In this document: positions 28,055 to 36,450 of the stretch, one piece after another
Layout of the letters: every line of letters begins with the position of its first letter
Position numbering within the stretch: the stretch's first letter is position 1
Origin: Tepidisphaerales bacterium
Lineage (GTDB): Bacteria > Planctomycetota > Phycisphaerae > Tepidisphaerales > Tepidisphaeraceae
Length of the DNA: 64,000 bases
Reading direction: 5' to 3'
NCBI GenBank assembly: GCA_038210015.1
Contig: JBBQXB010000010.1
Location: forward strand, 4,082 to 68,081
Made by a program: the position numbers and the translations under genes
The notes under the pieces: generated by a model
What the model saw: only the letters and a program-made list of their open reading frames with translations
What the model was told of the DNA's origin: nothing
Databases searched by the model: none

Positions 28055-30685
28055 ATGAAGCGACATTTAATCATCTTCAGTGCGGTGGCGTCTGTGGTCG
28101 TCTCGCCGGTATTGGCGCAAGTCAATGCCGACAAACTGCGTGACAGCGAGCAAAAGCAACAGCAACTTCGCAGTCAAACTCAGGCGGTCGGCGAACAGAT
28201 GGATCAGGTGCTCGCGGAGTTTGAACGCAACGGGCTTGGCGAAGGCAAGGACGTGCAAGTCCTTAAGCAAATCCGTGGCGTGCTCGGCAAACTGTCTGCA
28301 GATGAAATGCAGAAAGTCGTCGAATATCTGCAAGCCGCCCGTGGAAACGTGGATGCTGCCAAGTCATCGCAAAATGTCCGTGACGCACACGCATCCCAGC
28401 AGAAAATCGTCGCCGAACTGCAAACACTGCTTGCGGAATATCAACGTCAGCAGGGCTTGCAAGCGTTGGCGGCGAGATTGACGAAACTCGCCGAGCGCGA
28501 GAACGCGATCATGACCGCGACCGTGCAGGTGCATTTCAATGTCAAAGGCAAACCGTTCGTGGAATGGAACACCGCTCAAAAAACCGCGTTGCAGGTTCGT
28601 CGTGGCGATCAGGATTTGATCAACAACGATTCAAAAGAAACGCTTGATATGCTTCGTGAACTCGCGTCGGCAGATACCGCCGGGCAAACGCAGTTGCGTA
28701 AGGCGCAGCAGATGGTTGAAGATCGCCGTCTGACAACGCTTATGCCGGGTATTTCGGAGTCGATGAACAAAGGCCAGATCCTCGCCGCCGCGACTGCACA
28801 GAAGAGCACGCGCGATACGTTCTATGAACTTGCCGATCTGGTGACGCCGCCCAAGAGCAAAGTTGACGCACTGAAGGATGCGAAATCACAACTTGATCGT
28901 TTGACCGAAGAACAAAAGCAGCACGCGGACACGACAAAAAAAGCCGACAAGGATGATCTGCGTGAAGACGTGAATCAAAAGCAAGGCGAGTTGGTCGATA
29001 AAGCCGACCGCTTGAAAAACAAGGTCGATGAATTAGCTCCCAAGGCCGCCGAAGATATCGCTAAAGCCCAGCGTGACATGAACGAAGCCCGTAGCGACAT
29101 GGCCAAGACCGATGCCGACAAAGCCGAACAAAAGCAGAAGGAAGCTATTGCGAATCTGGAGAAGGCCTCCAAATCCCTCGACGACCAGATCGCCAAGGCT
29201 GAAAAGGAAGAAGCCAACGCGCCTCAGGACAAGATCGCTGCGACCAAGGAAATGCTCGAGAAAACCAAGCAACTTCAAGAAGAGCAGAAAAAAGCCGGCG
29301 AACAGGCCAAGGCCGATCCTAAAAAGGGTGCAGAGAAGCAGGAAGCGATTTCTGAAAAAGCACGCGATCTGCAACAACAGGCTGCAGATAATCAATCCAA
29401 AGCAGCCGACGATTTAGGGCAAGCGGCGCAGCAGTCTGAAAAAGCTGAAAAGCAGATGGATCAAGCCGCACAACAGCCACAAGCCGAACAATCGCAAAAA
29501 GCCACCGAGGCCGCGCTCCAGCAGGCGGAACGCAAGTTGGAACAGGAACTCGGCCAGTTGGAAAAAACCGCAGCCGAACTCGCCAAGACACAAGAAGCGC
29601 GCGAGCAAGTCGGGCAGTTGATGGAAAAGCAGTCGGATATCGGCCAACAAACCGCCAAAGAAGCCGCCAAGCAACCCGCTGCCCCCCAGCCAGGCGAACA
29701 AGCACAGCAACCGCCCCAAGCAGGCGAACAACCGCAACCGCAGGCCGGTGAGCAACCGAAACAGCCCGCACAAGCAGGCGAACAACCACAACAACCCCCC
29801 GCAGGCGATAAACCGCTGGGTCAGCAACAGGAGCAACTTGCGAAAGATGCCGGTGAAGCCGCCCAGCAAGCCGGTCAACAAGCACCGCAAGCGCAGGCGG
29901 CGCTCGATCAAGCCAAAGAGCAGATGCAAAGCGCCGCCGGGCAACTCGAAAAAGGCCAGCCCCAAGGCGCCCAACCTGCTCAACAACAGGCGATGAGCGA
30001 ACTGCAAAAAGCCGCAGAAGCACTCGACGGTCAAATTGCACAAATGCAACAGGAGCTAGGCCAACAACCCAACGCACAGCAACAGATGCAGGCGGCGCAG
30101 GAAGCAATCGCCCAAGCGCAGGCCGCCGCGCAGGAAGCGCAAGGTCAGATGCAGCAAGGCCAGCCGCAGCCAGCAGCGCCGGGGATGCAGCAGGCGGCGC
30201 AGCAACTCCAGCAGGCTGCGAATCAAAACTCACAAGCCTTGCCAAGCCAGGCCGAAGCCGCGATGCAGCAGGCATCCCAGGCGATGCAGCAAGCCGCTGC
30301 ACAAGCCCAAGCCGGCCAGCCCGCACCCGCGCAGCAATCTCTTGCCCAGGCGCAACAAGCGATGGCGCAGGCGATGGCATCAATGTCGATGGCGTCTGCC
30401 CCACCTTCAAACCAACCGCCAAGCGCACCCTCGCAGGCAGAAGCCGCGCTTGCTCCCGATGCACAAGAGCAAGGCGAGACCACCCCGATGGAATCCAAAG
30501 GTGATCGCGCCAGTCAAGGCGAAGTCGGGGCACTTGGCGCTACCGGAAAAAGCGCCTACATCGGCCTGCCCCAACGCGATCGACAGGCGATCATGCAGTC
30601 GCAAAACGAAAAATATCCGCAGGAGTTCGGGTCGGAAATCGAACGTTATCTCAAAACACTGTCGGATCAGTCGCAACCCAAGTAA
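28055..30685 (+). CDS. secreted 876-aa Q/A/E/K-rich coiled-coil protein
   Basis: Signal peptide MKRHLIIFSAVASVVVSPVLAQV. The protein shows long heptad-like low complexity and a tandem AGEQPQ-type repeat around 29690-29810. Confidence 0.7.
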   Translation: MKRHLIIFSAVASVVVSPVLAQVNADKLRDSEQKQQQLRSQTQAVGEQMDQVLAEFERNGLGEGKDVQVLKQIRGVLGKLSADEMQKVVEYLQAARGNVDAAKSSQNVRDAHASQQKIVAELQTLLAEYQRQQGLQALAARLTKLAERENAIMTATVQVHFNVKGKPFVEWNTAQKTALQVRRGDQDLINNDSKETLDMLRELASADTAGQTQLRKAQQMVEDRRLTTLMPGISESMNKGQILAAATAQKSTRDTFYELADLVTPPKSKVDALKDAKSQLDRLTEEQKQHADTTKKADKDDLREDVNQKQGELVDKADRLKNKVDELAPKAAEDIAKAQRDMNEARSDMAKTDADKAEQKQKEAIANLEKASKSLDDQIAKAEKEEANAPQDKIAATKEMLEKTKQLQEEQKKAGEQAKADPKKGAEKQEAISEKARDLQQQAADNQSKAADDLGQAAQQSEKAEKQMDQAAQQPQAEQSQKATEAALQQAERKLEQELGQLEKTAAELAKTQEAREQVGQLMEKQSDIGQQTAKEAAKQPAAPQPGEQAQQPPQAGEQPQPQAGEQPKQPAQAGEQPQQPPAGDKPLGQQQEQLAKDAGEAAQQAGQQAPQAQAALDQAKEQMQSAAGQLEKGQPQGAQPAQQQAMSELQKAAEALDGQIAQMQQELGQQPNAQQQMQAAQEAIAQAQAAAQEAQGQMQQGQPQPAAPGMQQAAQQLQQAANQNSQALPSQAEAAMQQASQAMQQAAAQAQAGQPAPAQQSLAQAQQAMAQAMASMSMASAPPSNQPPSAPSQAEAALAPDAQEQGETTPMESKGDRASQGEVGALGATGKSAYIGLPQRDRQAIMQSQNEKYPQEFGSEIERYLKTLSDQSQPK

Positions 30686-30748
30686 TCAAAATGCGTTGGC
30701 GTGATGATCTTGCACGTCATCGAGTATGCTGTTTTAACTATCGTGACC

Positions 30749-31783
30749 ATGAATATTCGCAAACTCATCCTCTCGGGCCTATCCGCAACGTTGCTCGCAG
30801 CACCGGTTTTGCATGCGGGAACCGTCAGCAAAGCCAAGTCCGGCGCGGATGATGTGGTTGTGGATGAGCGCAGCGAGCAACTCATCAAAGGTGGACTGAA
30901 GTTCATCGCGTCGCGTCAACAACCCAATGGCTCATGGGCCGAAGGGGATCGCAATAACGCCGCCGCGATTACTGCATATGTGCTGCTCGGATTTCTCGCG
31001 ACCGGCAATCTGCCTGGCGAAGGCGAGTACGGGCAGGTTGTACAACGTGGAACCGATTTTCTTCTTAAATGCGTCCGTCCCGACGGTTATATCGCCGCTG
31101 CCGACGGTGGGCACAACATGTACGGGCACGGGATCGCGACGCTGGCGCTGGGTGAAATCTATGGCATGACCAATGACGAATCGGTCCGCCCGCATCTGGA
31201 AAAAGCCGTCAAACTCATCATCGGTGCTCAAAGCAAAGAAGGCGGTTGGCGATACAACCCGCGGCCTGGCGACGCGGATGTATCGGTCTCGGTCCTGCAA
31301 GTAGTCGCGTTGCGGGTGGCTAAGAACAGCGGGATCGACGTGCCTGAGGCGACACTCGACAACGCCGTTAAATACATCCGCGCGTGCCATCACGACTCCG
31401 GGGGATTCACCTATCAAGCCAAAGGCGGCAACCCCGGTGCGGCGCGCACCGCAGCGGCGGTCTATGCGTTGCAGGTCTGCGGATTTTATGAAGATCCCAT
31501 GGTCAAAGCCGGTAGCGATTACTATCTCAAGTCCTACACTAAAGACCGTCAGTACTTCACCTACGGTCTCAACTACGCTGCACCGGTTCATTACATGGTC
31601 GGCGGTGAAACGTGGCGTGACTATTACGGACAGATGAAGGCATTGATCGGCAAATCAGTCAAAAGCCAAGGCGCGGTCTTTTACTGGGATCCGGTCGGAC
31701 CCGGTGGGGATGTCTACGCGACTGCCATCAACGTGGCGGCACTGGCGATGCCATACGGGTATCTGCCTCTGTACCAACGATGA
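30749..31783 (+). CDS. secreted prenyltransferase / terpene-cyclase-like alpha-alpha toroid repeat protein
   Basis: Signal peptide MNIRKLILSGLSATLLAAPVLHA. Repeated motifs QQPNGSW, RPDGY, SKEGGWRY and HDSGGF are typical of the squalene-cyclase/prenyltransferase repeat. Confidence 0.7.
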   Translation: MNIRKLILSGLSATLLAAPVLHAGTVSKAKSGADDVVVDERSEQLIKGGLKFIASRQQPNGSWAEGDRNNAAAITAYVLLGFLATGNLPGEGEYGQVVQRGTDFLLKCVRPDGYIAAADGGHNMYGHGIATLALGEIYGMTNDESVRPHLEKAVKLIIGAQSKEGGWRYNPRPGDADVSVSVLQVVALRVAKNSGIDVPEATLDNAVKYIRACHHDSGGFTYQAKGGNPGAARTAAAVYALQVCGFYEDPMVKAGSDYYLKSYTKDRQYFTYGLNYAAPVHYMVGGETWRDYYGQMKALIGKSVKSQGAVFYWDPVGPGGDVYATAINVAALAMPYGYLPLYQR

Positions 31784-31801
31784 AAACGGGAGTCGATTTC
31801 G

Positions 31802-32890
31802 ATGCCCATTCCTACAAAGAACATGACCCTTTTTGAAAATTCGTCCGGAACATGGTGGACGTCTTTTTTGGTCGGGCTTATTACGTTACTGGCTTCAAAT
31901 GCGTTTTCTGTAGCAGATAATGTGTTGCTGTTGAATGGAAAAACGATCGAAGGAAAAATCACGTTCGATGCCAAAGACGGGCTTGTCATTCTTCCCAAAA
32001 ATCAGCCCAGCCAACGTGTTGAAATCAAAGACCTGCTCGCATTGACGATTGATACCAACAAGACCACAGCACCCAAGCGATTGGTGATGTTGGTCAATGG
32101 CTCGCAAATCGCGGCCGACGACGTGCTGGCGGTGACGGATAATGAGGTTCGCGTCAAACGCACCGACGGATCGTTATTGAACTTCAGCCCACTTTTGCTG
32201 CAATCGATTGTCTATCGGCCGTCGCCTGATGCACAATCGCCGCCGAAAACATTTGTCGGGGTTCGCACCGTCAGCGGCGATCTGGCAGAGGGTGAAATCC
32301 TCGGTCTGGATTCGCGTAGCGTACGGGTCAGTTCGGTTCTGTTTGGGATTCAGGAATTCGATCTAGGTAATGCCGTCAACGCAATTTACTTTCGATCAGA
32401 AGGCATGTCGCGGGCTGCATATGTCGTGCGGACGAGTGACGGGTCGATCTGGCAGGCGGCGTCGATCAGCATCGACCGCGGCAAGCTGCAAATCGACGGC
32501 GATGTGCTGGGTAAAATTGATCTACCCGGCGATTCGATCCAATCGATCACGCTCGGTGCCGCCAGTGCCGAACCCCTGCCCGGCGACGCAACCATCACGC
32601 TTGCTCCCGGCGAGTCCACACAGATCAAACTGGATGGCAAGTACCGCTCGGTGTTGCTCAGCCTTTCCGTGCCGGCACGATTTGTTCCCAATCGTCCAGT
32701 GCGATTCATTGTGAATGCAGACGGAAAAGAATTGACAAAGACCGCAGCGATCACAGCGATCGACGCTGCGATTCCTCTGACTGTATCGGTTGAAGGAGTG
32801 AAATCTCTGACGATACGCATGGAAGCCGACGGGCCGAGTCAACTCGGCGTGGCCGGACATATCGCCGACGCGCGACTGATCCGGCGGTAG
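31802..32890 (+). CDS. membrane-anchored hypothetical protein with an NPCBM-like C-terminal beta-sandwich (weak)
   Basis: N-terminal TM helix. The C-terminal pattern VRFIVNADGKEL...VKSLTIRMEADGP..GHIADARLI resembles the end of NPCBM modules. Confidence 0.45.
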   Translation: MPIPTKNMTLFENSSGTWWTSFLVGLITLLASNAFSVADNVLLLNGKTIEGKITFDAKDGLVILPKNQPSQRVEIKDLLALTIDTNKTTAPKRLVMLVNGSQIAADDVLAVTDNEVRVKRTDGSLLNFSPLLLQSIVYRPSPDAQSPPKTFVGVRTVSGDLAEGEILGLDSRSVRVSSVLFGIQEFDLGNAVNAIYFRSEGMSRAAYVVRTSDGSIWQAASISIDRGKLQIDGDVLGKIDLPGDSIQSITLGAASAEPLPGDATITLAPGESTQIKLDGKYRSVLLSLSVPARFVPNRPVRFIVNADGKELTKTAAITAIDAAIPLTVSVEGVKSLTIRMEADGPSQLGVAGHIADARLIRR

Positions 32891-33023
32891 TAATGGGGAC
32901 AATTCTCGCCGCGTAACACCGCTGCACTTCTTGGCAACAATTTTCATTCGGGATTTCGCATTAGATTGAATTGATTGCGTGGTATGCGTTACAGTGTCGT
33001 CGGCTCTAACCCAAGGAGATACG

Positions 33024-33302
33024 ATGGCCAAGAAGGCTGCCAAGAAGGCACGACGCACGACGCACCGCAGCGGCACGGGCAAGAAGCTCTACGCCGTTCG
33101 TAAAGCTGACGGTACGTTTAAGGATATCCAGACCTACCAACGCGCCCATGCCGCCGACCTTCGCACGAAGTCCAAGGCCGAGAAAGCCACGGCCGCAAAG
33201 AAGTCGGTCAAGAAAGCCACCAAGAAGACGACCAAAAAAGCCGTGAAAAAGGTCGCCAAGAAGGTTGCTAAAAAAACCACGAAGAAAGCATCAAAGAAGT
33301 AA
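33024..33302 (+). CDS. lysine/alanine-rich histone H1-like DNA-binding protein
   Basis: The AAGGAG SD lies 6 nt upstream of the ATG at 33024. The 92-aa product has a KKA/KKT repeat tail (KKSVKKATKKTTKKAVKKVAKKVAKKTTKKASKK). Confidence 0.7.
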   Translation: MAKKAAKKARRTTHRSGTGKKLYAVRKADGTFKDIQTYQRAHAADLRTKSKAEKATAAKKSVKKATKKTTKKAVKKVAKKVAKKTTKKASKK

Positions 33303-33325
33303 TCTTTGACGACTTTTCTTACAAA

Positions 33326-33362
33326 ACGCATGGCGTGGAACGATCCGTTCCATGCCATGCGT
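33326..33362 (+). terminator. 17-bp stem-loop after the H1-like gene
   Basis: ACGCATGGCGTGGAACG, loop ATC, then CGTTCCATGCCATGCGT, with one mismatch. Confidence 0.5.
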
Positions 33363-33406
33363 CGTTAAAGATGGTTGGCTATCGTAGCGACTGCACGTGA
33401 CCGTAG

Positions 33407-33475
33407 CTGCGACGCCTGCGTCGCCAATGCGTTGTTCCTTGTTGCACACGCAAATTGGCGACGCAGGCGTCGCAG
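33407..33475 (-). terminator. large hairpin (22-bp perfect arms) downstream of the minus-strand GH-like gene
   Basis: CTGCGACGCCTGCGTCGCCAAT pairs with ATTGGCGACGCAGGCGTCGCAG across a ~25-nt loop. It lies about 28 nt beyond the stop at 33503. Confidence 0.5.
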
Positions 33476-33502
33476 CGCAATCGCGCATTTCATCCTGTTT
33501 TG

Positions 33503-34594
33503 CTACTGCTCGCCCGTCACCCGTTTGAGCATTTCAAAAAATCCCCGTTTGCGATCGCTGTTGATCGACCAATCGACCGGCACGCTTTGATACCCCGCCT
33601 CGAATGGTTCGTTCTTCTTGCGAAAATCGAAGTAGCCCCACGACGTGTATTCGTCCAGTGCTGCCACGAAATTATTGTCGGGTTTGTCAAAATCAAAGTG
33701 ATCGTCTTCATTGATGATGATCGGTTGCTCGCGATAGCCTTTTGTTTTGCGGATCGTTTGGATTTTACGACGTATGTCGTCGGGGTCGCCCACACCATTG
33801 CCGTGCAGCAGCACAAAATCGGCGACTTCCAGTAGATTTGTCGGTGCGGTTCGGCCACCCAGCAGGCTGGTCGATACGAGAAGTTTCCCGTTCGATCGCT
33901 TTCGCACGCGCTCGATCAATTCGTGCGATCGCTTGCTTCCGATGATCTGCGGATAGCCTGTGTGATCGCATTCATTGGCGATTTCAATCAGCACATTCGT
34001 ATAGCCACGCTCCATCAACCAATCCACCGACTGATCGCACGCCTTCAGCACCGCAGCCTCATCCTTGAATCGTGGCGCCTGTCCAAAATAAAACAGTCCT
34101 ACGATCGGCACCATCCCCAATTCATCCGCACGATCGAGGATGCGTGCCAGCCGTTTCATATAGGTGGGTTTTAGTTCGCCGTCATCGGTAAACGCGCTAT
34201 TAATCCATGGCTGATTCTTGCTGTAACCTTCGGGTGATCCGCCTTGCAGATTGATTGTGAACGAAAGCAATCCATGCGCTTTCCAAGTCGGCATCGCCGC
34301 AATGAATTCGTCGGTATTGCGGTCGGCGTCAAACGCCTTGCCATCGGGGTAGGCCCATCGTTTTCGGGTATCAGGATTTTCATCATCGAAAATCCCCTGC
34401 ACCATGCGGCTATTCAGCAGCAACCCCTCAATCTTTCGTCCGTCATAGGTTCGGCCGGCATAGGTCAGCTTCGCATTGATAAAAAACTGTCTTCCTTCAA
34501 TCGTGACTTTGGTTTTTCTGGACGGTATATCAGCAAACGCCATGGAGACCATCAGCCCGCCGATCACCAACGATGCGAAGAAAGTGGTAAGCAT
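33503..34594 (-). CDS. secreted TIM-barrel glycoside-hydrolase-like protein (GH5-type NE motif)
   Basis: Signal/TM segment MLTTFFASLVIGGLMVSMAFA. The EIANECDH acid/base-like motif is present. The start was moved to 34594 to avoid overlap with aat. Confidence 0.45.
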   Translation of the reverse strand: MLTTFFASLVIGGLMVSMAFADIPSRKTKVTIEGRQFFINAKLTYAGRTYDGRKIEGLLLNSRMVQGIFDDENPDTRKRWAYPDGKAFDADRNTDEFIAAMPTWKAHGLLSFTINLQGGSPEGYSKNQPWINSAFTDDGELKPTYMKRLARILDRADELGMVPIVGLFYFGQAPRFKDEAAVLKACDQSVDWLMERGYTNVLIEIANECDHTGYPQIIGSKRSHELIERVRKRSNGKLLVSTSLLGGRTAPTNLLEVADFVLLHGNGVGDPDDIRRKIQTIRKTKGYREQPIIINEDDHFDFDKPDNNFVAALDEYTSWGYFDFRKKNEPFEAGYQSVPVDWSINSDRKRGFFEMLKRVTGEQ

Positions 34595-34625
34595 GCACAA
34601 CTTATAACGGATGCTGGCTCGTCGG

Positions 34626-35228
34626 TCAGGCAAACTGGCATGTTTTTTGCAGTGCTTGTTCCAACTGAATGTCGTACTCATCCGCGGGAATGAGTGTGCA
34701 GCCGAACTGTGTCATGTGCCGCGTGACCATTTGTGTATCGAGCAAAAAATATCCGCGTTCACGGAGGCGATGGATGAGGTGGACGAGGCAGACCTTGCTG
34801 GCGTTGGGTGCACGATGGAACATCGATTCGCCGAAGAATGCCGCGCCGAGTGATACGCCGTACAGCCCGCCGACCAGTTGGTCTTTGTCCCATGCTTCGA
34901 CGCTATGGGCGTGTCCAAAATGATGAAGTTTGCAGTAGGCGTCGATCAAATCATGGCTGATCCAACTGCTGTCGCGTTCGTCTCGCGGGACATCCTTGCA
35001 GGCGCGCATCGTTTGTTCGAATGCGGTGTTGATGCGGATATCAAATCGGCGTTGTTTGACGATTTGCCGCAGCGTTCGCGGGCAGTGGAATTGATCCAAA
35101 GGCAGGACGCCGCGCGGATCGGATGAATACCAGCGAGTCACACCGTCGGGATCGGTCATCGGGAAAACGCCCTGCGCGTAGGCGTTGAGTAGCATTTCAG
35201 GCGAGAGATTGGCGTGGCCGGGTGACAT
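34626..35228 (-). CDS. aat: leucyl/phenylalanyl-tRNA--protein transferase
   Basis: Carries LLNAYAQGVFPM, WYSSDPRGVLPL and VGGLYGVSLGAAFFGESMF. Confidence 0.9.
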   Translation of the reverse strand: MSPGHANLSPEMLLNAYAQGVFPMTDPDGVTRWYSSDPRGVLPLDQFHCPRTLRQIVKQRRFDIRINTAFEQTMRACKDVPRDERDSSWISHDLIDAYCKLHHFGHAHSVEAWDKDQLVGGLYGVSLGAAFFGESMFHRAPNASKVCLVHLIHRLRERGYFLLDTQMVTRHMTQFGCTLIPADEYDIQLEQALQKTCQFA

Positions 35229-35258
35229 GACGGGTGGGTGGAGTGTTTGATACTGGTG

Positions 35259-36161
35259 TTAAACGGTGCGTTGGACGATAAATCGCGCGAGCATGGTGAG
35301 TCGTTCGGCACGCTCGTTGAACGATGCCAATGATTCGATCGCCAGGTCGAGTTGCCGCGCGGCTTCGGCTTTAGATTCATCTAGACCGAGCAATCGCGGA
35401 TAGGTGTTTTTGCCGTTGGCGCGGTCTTTTTGCGTGGCTTTGCCGAGTTGCAGAGGCGTGGATGTTTCATCCAGAATGTCATCGACGATCTGAAACGCCA
35501 GCCCCACGTGCTGGCCGAACCGGGTGATGCTGGCGAGTTGCTCGTGCGGGGCGCGGGCGCAAATCGCACCCATGCGGCAACTAGCGGTGAGCAGCGCTCC
35601 TGTTTTCATCCGATGAATCTGCTGCAGTTGATCCAGTTGCAGCGATTGGTTTTCGCCAGCGATATCCAGCACCTGCCCGCCGATCATGCCAGATGGCCCT
35701 GACGCGGCAGCCAGTTCGCGGACCAAGGGGGCAACCAGATCGGGTGCAACCCGCGTGGCGAGCAATTCAAACGCGAAGGTCATCATCGCGTCGCCCGCCA
35801 GGATCGCCATCGCTTCGCCGAATACTTTGTGATTGGTCGGTTTGCCCCGGCGGACGTCGTCGTTATCCATCGCGGGCAGATCATCGTGAACGAGTGAGAA
35901 GCAGTGGATCAACTCCATCGCCGCCGCGGCGGTGAGGGCGGATTGATCGTGCGATTGATTTGCATCGCGATCCGGTTGCAGGGCGTGATACGTTTCGAGA
36001 ATCAGCGTCGGCCGCAACCGTTTTCCGCCCGCGCTGAGGCTGTACCGCATCGCTTCGATCAATCGCGGCGGGGCGTCGGATTGGCTTGCGAATACTTCGT
36101 CGAAGTATCGTTCGAGCGACACGTTGTGCGCCTGTAGAATATCAGCCACGCTTGCGCTCAT
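35259..36161 (-). CDS. ispA: polyprenyl diphosphate synthase (FPP/GGPP synthase type)
   Basis: FARM motif LVHDDLPAMDNDDVRRGKPT and SARM motif FQIVDDILD. Confidence 0.85.
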   Translation of the reverse strand: MSASVADILQAHNVSLERYFDEVFASQSDAPPRLIEAMRYSLSAGGKRLRPTLILETYHALQPDRDANQSHDQSALTAAAAMELIHCFSLVHDDLPAMDNDDVRRGKPTNHKVFGEAMAILAGDAMMTFAFELLATRVAPDLVAPLVRELAAASGPSGMIGGQVLDIAGENQSLQLDQLQQIHRMKTGALLTASCRMGAICARAPHEQLASITRFGQHVGLAFQIVDDILDETSTPLQLGKATQKDRANGKNTYPRLLGLDESKAEAARQLDLAIESLASFNERAERLTMLARFIVQRTV

Positions 36162-36412
36162 GCGTCGGAATCCTCATCATCGTTGACCGAATCTTTGGCT
36201 GCGTCAGGTGTGGATTGGTTCAGTTCCTCGATCTGCTGCTCGGCTTTGCCGAGCACCTGACGGCAGTACTGCAAGAGGAAATTGCCACGCTCGTAGCGTG
36301 TCAGAGATTCCTCCAGCGGGACTTCCCCGCGCTCCATCTCGGCGAGAATCGATTCCAGTTCCGTGACCGCTTCTTCAAACGTCTTGGGTTGTGATTGTTT
36401 TGTTTTAGCCAT
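36158..36412 (-). CDS. xseB: exodeoxyribonuclease VII small subunit
   Basis: Carries FEEAVTELESILAEMERGEVPLEESLTRYERG. The start was set at the internal ATG (MAKTKQSQ). Confidence 0.85.
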   Translation of the reverse strand: MAKTKQSQPKTFEEAVTELESILAEMERGEVPLEESLTRYERGNFLLQYCRQVLGKAEQQIEELNQSTPDAAKDSVNDDEDSDA

Positions 36413-36450
36413 AGTTCGTGCCCCTATCATAGCATCGGATCGCGGCAAGC

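Noticed and set aside
29319-30533. 404-aa minus-strand ORF (R/A/L/V/P-rich) antisense to the coiled-coil gene
   Set aside because: It is the mirror image of a GC-rich, CAG/GCC-biased low-complexity coding region. It has no motifs and no start context. The plus-strand ORF has a signal peptide and fits the operon.
32522-33082. 186-aa minus-strand ORF spanning the 31802 gene end and the H1-like gene promoter
   Set aside because: It overlaps two better-supported plus-strand features, has no motif, and would run through a strong plus-strand SD and start codon.
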